Positions 60,184-64,000 of a stretch of 64,000 bases of DNA are shown piece by piece. Both the position numbers and the translations under genes were made by a program. The stretch covers positions 7,132,001 to 7,196,000 of the forward strand of contig CM052816.1 in the NCBI GenBank assembly GCA_028534125.1. The letters are read 5' to 3'. Source of the DNA: Lama glama (Eukaryota). Under the pieces are notes generated by a model. That model saw only the letters and a program-made list of their open reading frames with translations. It had not been told where the DNA came from and did not search any database. Position 1 is the stretch's first letter; the number at the start of each line of letters is the position of its first letter.

Positions 60184-61147
60184 AACATGGAAATTTTAAC
60201 CCAAGTCATGACATCCTTGTTACTCCTCAGCTATCACGGCCTCTTGCTCACCCACTAACAGTCCCATTTTTCTCTTGCCATTTGCAGCTCTGCCCATTGT
60301 CTTAGGGGCACATGGGTGGATGCTTCCATCTGCTCAAGTCTGCCTTCAACACATGTTGCATCTTCAGATTTTCTACTTTTCTCTTTGAAACTAATACTCG
60401 CAGAGTCAGGCTTTGTGTTAATTTTATTTTAGGGTATTGGCTGCCAGGGGGGTCACCCCTACGTGGCCAGAAGGTGGGCAAAGGGAAGTAACAGACACGT
60501 GACGTTGGCAAGGATGTTTCCAGGGCTAGAGGATCAGTGGTGGGGGAGCCCTGCACAACCCACCAGCCAGAACTGCAGATAACTAATCTCATTTGCCTGG
60601 GGCTGTGTTATGGAAACATATAAGCTCTCACAAAAACCCGCCTCCTCGCCGTTTCCCCCTCCCCTTTCAGTGGCATTTCTTTTCACAGTAGGCTGTTTGT
60701 TCAAACTTTGGGGAGCCTCTGGAATCCACCTCACCTCTGGGGGGTGGACCCCCACATCCTACAGGGCTACTCCCCCACAGATGTCTCTCGGAGTTGCAGG
60801 ACTGGGAGGCTGCTTCAGCCAGGAAAGCCAAAATCAAGAGTGAGGTGCAGAAAGTGGCAAAATAGAAAAAGTGCAGTTGGTGAATTGGTTTTGTTTTTTT
60901 GTTTGTTTGTTTTTTTCTCTTTTTTTCACATTTGGATGGCTGTCATGAGGGAGCTTTCCTTTGGTTTCTAGCATGTTCCTCCCCCCCCCCTTTCCTTCTG
61001 TTAATCAAGAGAAACTTCAAAGTCATTGGGATGGTCGGATCTCACAGGCTGAGAACTCGTTCACCTCCAAGCATTTCATGAAAAAGCTGCTTCTTATTAA
61101 TCATGCAAACTCTCGCCATGACGCGAGGAGTTTGACAAATCTTTCAA

Positions 61148-61153
61148 AATAAA
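61148..61153 (+). terminator. SPARC: SPARC polyadenylation signal AATAAA
   Basis: ttcaaAATAAAaagtact at the end of the UTR. Confidence 0.85.
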
Positions 61154-61444
61154 AAGTACTTACTGACTTAGAAACGGCCTTCCCGAGTGATTCTGCACGT
61201 GTCTCAGTGACCTCATTTCCCTGACCCGTGGACCCGCGGACAGACATGTCCGCACATGACCGCACAAGTGAGCAGCTTTGCACACTCCTGCTTCTGTACA
61301 CACACGTGCACACTCACACAGGTTGATTTATACACAGGGATGGTTCCCATAAGCACGGAGTTAACTTGCTTTTAATTTTATGACCTGTGGGCTGCATTTC
61401 ATGATCAGCGCACCAGGCTAAGCAACGCTCTCCTTTCAGTAACC

Positions 61445-62240
61445 ATTCACTCACCCACTCACTCACTCACTCATTCATTCCATAAATGTTTCTGATGTAC
61501 CTACTATGGACACGTCCCACTCCAGGTGATGGAGACACAACTGTGGCAAAGCAGGCAAAATGTGTGTTCTTCCGGAACTTAGAGTCTAGCAAGGAATCGA
61601 TTCAACAAGTGCACAACTAAATACAAATTACAAGATGTAACAGGAGCACTGAAGGAAGAGTGTAAGAAGCCAGGAGTGTGTGTCACAGGAGGACTAGAGT
61701 CACACTGTCCCATATGGTAGCCACTACTCACACGTGGCTATTTAGATTTCAACTTAAATTAATTAAAATGAAATATTTAGTCTCTCAGTCACTCTAGAAA
61801 CTTTTCAAGTGCTAAGAGCAAAACGTGGCTACTGCTGACCGTATTGGACAGGGCAGGTCCAGAACATTCTCATCATCACAGAACGTTCTATTGGACAGGG
61901 CTATTCTAGGGCTTCCTTGGGAAAATGAGCTGAGTCACAAAGGGAAAGAAGGAATTGTTTGGAGGGGCAGAGGTGAGACAGGGGGAAGGAGAGAGGGTCA
62001 GGGGAAGAGCATTCCAGGGGGAACAGCACCCGCAAAGGTAGCATGATGTGTTTCAGGCCAGCGTGGCTGGTTCACCAAAGAAGGGTGGGTCACACTGGAG
62101 GAGGCAGAAGAGGTGGGCCATGGCAAGGAGTTTGGATTTTAGATTTTTGTGCAGTGGGAAGTTGTTGGAGGGTTTTAAACCAGAGAAAGAGAAAGAGACA
62201 AGATTGGATTTGGTTTAAAAAGAACACTCTGGTTCTGGAA
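61445..62240 (-). mobile_element. L2 3' end (antisense) interrupted by a MER3/MER33-like MITE at ~61700-61900
   Basis: cattcattccataaatgtttctgatgtacctactatg...gggaagagcattccagggggaacagca; inner cactgtcccatatggtagccact...gttctattggacag. Confidence 0.65.
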
Positions 62241-64000
62241 AGATAACAGCATTCTAAGTTCAGAGAGCACTTTTTGAAGCTCAGGCATGCCCATGATGCT
62301 GGTGTGATATTTCAGGCTGGGCTTCTGAGACTCCCCTTCAAGACAGAGAAACAGATCCTAGAAGTGGGTGCCGCTGCCCTGGCCACAGAGGTGGGTCATC
62401 AGGTGCTGAGCCCAGAGTTGGCTTTTTTCCCCTTCTATTTTAGATTCTTTTCAAATGACTAAAATAATACAAACTCAGAAAAAAATTAAACTGTGTTGGG
62501 GTGCTCTGTTTTTACACAATGGGAGGGAGAGACTGGCCAGTTTGGTCTCTGCCATCTGAGGAATGCAAGACTAGCACTAGTCTCACAATCGCTAAGGATC
62601 ACGGCAGAAACTGATGGGGTGAATTTCAGTACTGGCTCATTCATTCACTCGATGACGTTTACCAGATGGCCTCAGCGTGCTCGGCTTGTTCTACGTTCTC
62701 ATGAGTGAAGCGGGCACGGTCCCTGTGTCCTGGAGCTTTCGTGCTGGCTAGGCAGGCAATGCACAAGTAAGACCGTCTGAGGCAGAAACGTGTGCTGTAA
62801 AGGAAACAAAGCACAGAGCTCTGATGGAACAAGGCTTGGATGGGTTGTTCCTCCAGGTAGGGAGGGAGATGTGACATTCTGCCTGAGACTGCAGGATGCA
62901 GTCTCTGTGCCTTGGCCAGTCTGGGGCAGATCACCCGTGTAACGCACAGCACCTACTATTACAACAGCTGTGCCGTCAGCTTATTCACAGATGGCGTTCA
63001 GGTTCAGGGAGGCTGAGTGATAAGGTGGTGAATTATGGGAGAACTGGCACCCAGAGCTTTCTCCTCCATAACTAGATGCCTCGCCATAGGGAGCACCTCA
63101 GAGTTTTCAAGGGAAAGGTAGCATGAAAGAGCGGCAAGGAATGTGCATCAGCCCAGAGCCCTGGGAGGATGGGTGGGGCTGCAGGGCCTGCCGGCTGCCC
63201 TGACACTGATCAGCTGAGTGGACAGCGGTCCTCAGAATCCAGAATCCTTAAAGGCAGTGTTTTCATACTTTCCTTCTATTTGTGCTTTCCCCTCCCTTTA
63301 AGTCAAAACTCTTAAAAAAAAAAACAAAAAACTTAACATTTCAAAGAAATGATCTCATTACCGTGGGTGGAAAACCACTATCATTTACCATAAATAGAGA
63401 TAAACCTTAAAGAGAAATACAGTAAGAAAATAAATACAGTGGGGAAAAATGTTATGCAATTATGAATGTTCTTTGTGCTTGAAAAGTGCTCTGCTTTTTG
63501 TTAAAAGAAGGCATCTAAGAGACTTTCTCTTTGATAATCAAATGGTCTAAAAGAGAACTGAATTATACCTAATTCAATGTCACTTCATGCCAAATCTGAT
63601 ACTCTCCTAAAATCATCTCTTGCTCCAAAGTGGTGGGTATCTCTCCTCTTTTCCTTGAAGGGGGCGTGGGTCCTCTAGGGATCACCGAGGTCCCGGAAAC
63701 ACAAGCCTCCCTCTTTTCCTCCCTCCCACCCTCCAACATCTGCTGCAGAATGAAACTAAGCCTCACTTAGTCCAACGACCAAACACTGAGCTTGTCTCCT
63801 CATCTGCAAAATCCTGACAACGGTGGTCCCTGCCGCACAGGTCACTGTACTGGGCATGAGGAAGCCGACGATGACAATGATGCTAACGACTCCCCACGTA
63901 ACTGGGAGAGGCCTGCTGTCTCCCCACTGCCTAGCCTGGCCCTTTATGCCTGGCCCTCTCTCAGTAGTAAGGTTTCAAGGCCACATCCCCTTCGTGAAGG

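Larger units (their letters stand above)
60036..61170 (+). other. SPARC: SPARC 3' UTR (~1.1 kb to the proximal poly(A) site)
   Basis: Follows the stop; resembles recalled SPARC 3'UTR (ccccaatgtttaaaatgtttggatgg...); end approximate. Confidence 0.85.

Overview
Mammalian genomic DNA, most likely camelid, judged from four copies of a tRNA-derived SINE matching the camelid Vic-1 family and from cetartiodactyl-type L1 3' ends. It holds two + strand genes. The first is the 3' end of the copper chaperone ATOX1: last coding exon 1041-1209 (stop 1163-1165) and a non-coding final exon 4371-~4507. The second is the complete SPARC/osteonectin gene: TATA-less GGA-box promoter near 38950-39050, non-coding exon 1 ending at 39170, nine coding exons between 49020 and 60035 that total 912 nt (303 aa + stop) with GT-AG introns in consistent phase, and a poly(A) signal at 61148. 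The ~34 kb between them is repeat-rich (L1, L2, MIR, MaLR/ERV LTRs, hAT-Charlie DNA elements, SINEs, microsatellites) and includes a 500-N assembly gap. Apart from the SPARC exons and L1 ORF2 remnants, the ORF track looks like noise. I found no convincing new biological system. The best leads are regulatory or processing features: two RFX/TEAD/AP-1 motif clusters in SPARC intron 1, a G4-capable SPARC promoter tract, an AGAG tandem acceptor at SPARC exon 10, and an ATOX1 3'UTR intron just inside the NMD boundary. Repeat family names and cross-species comparisons are from memory and need RepeatMasker/BLAST confirmation.
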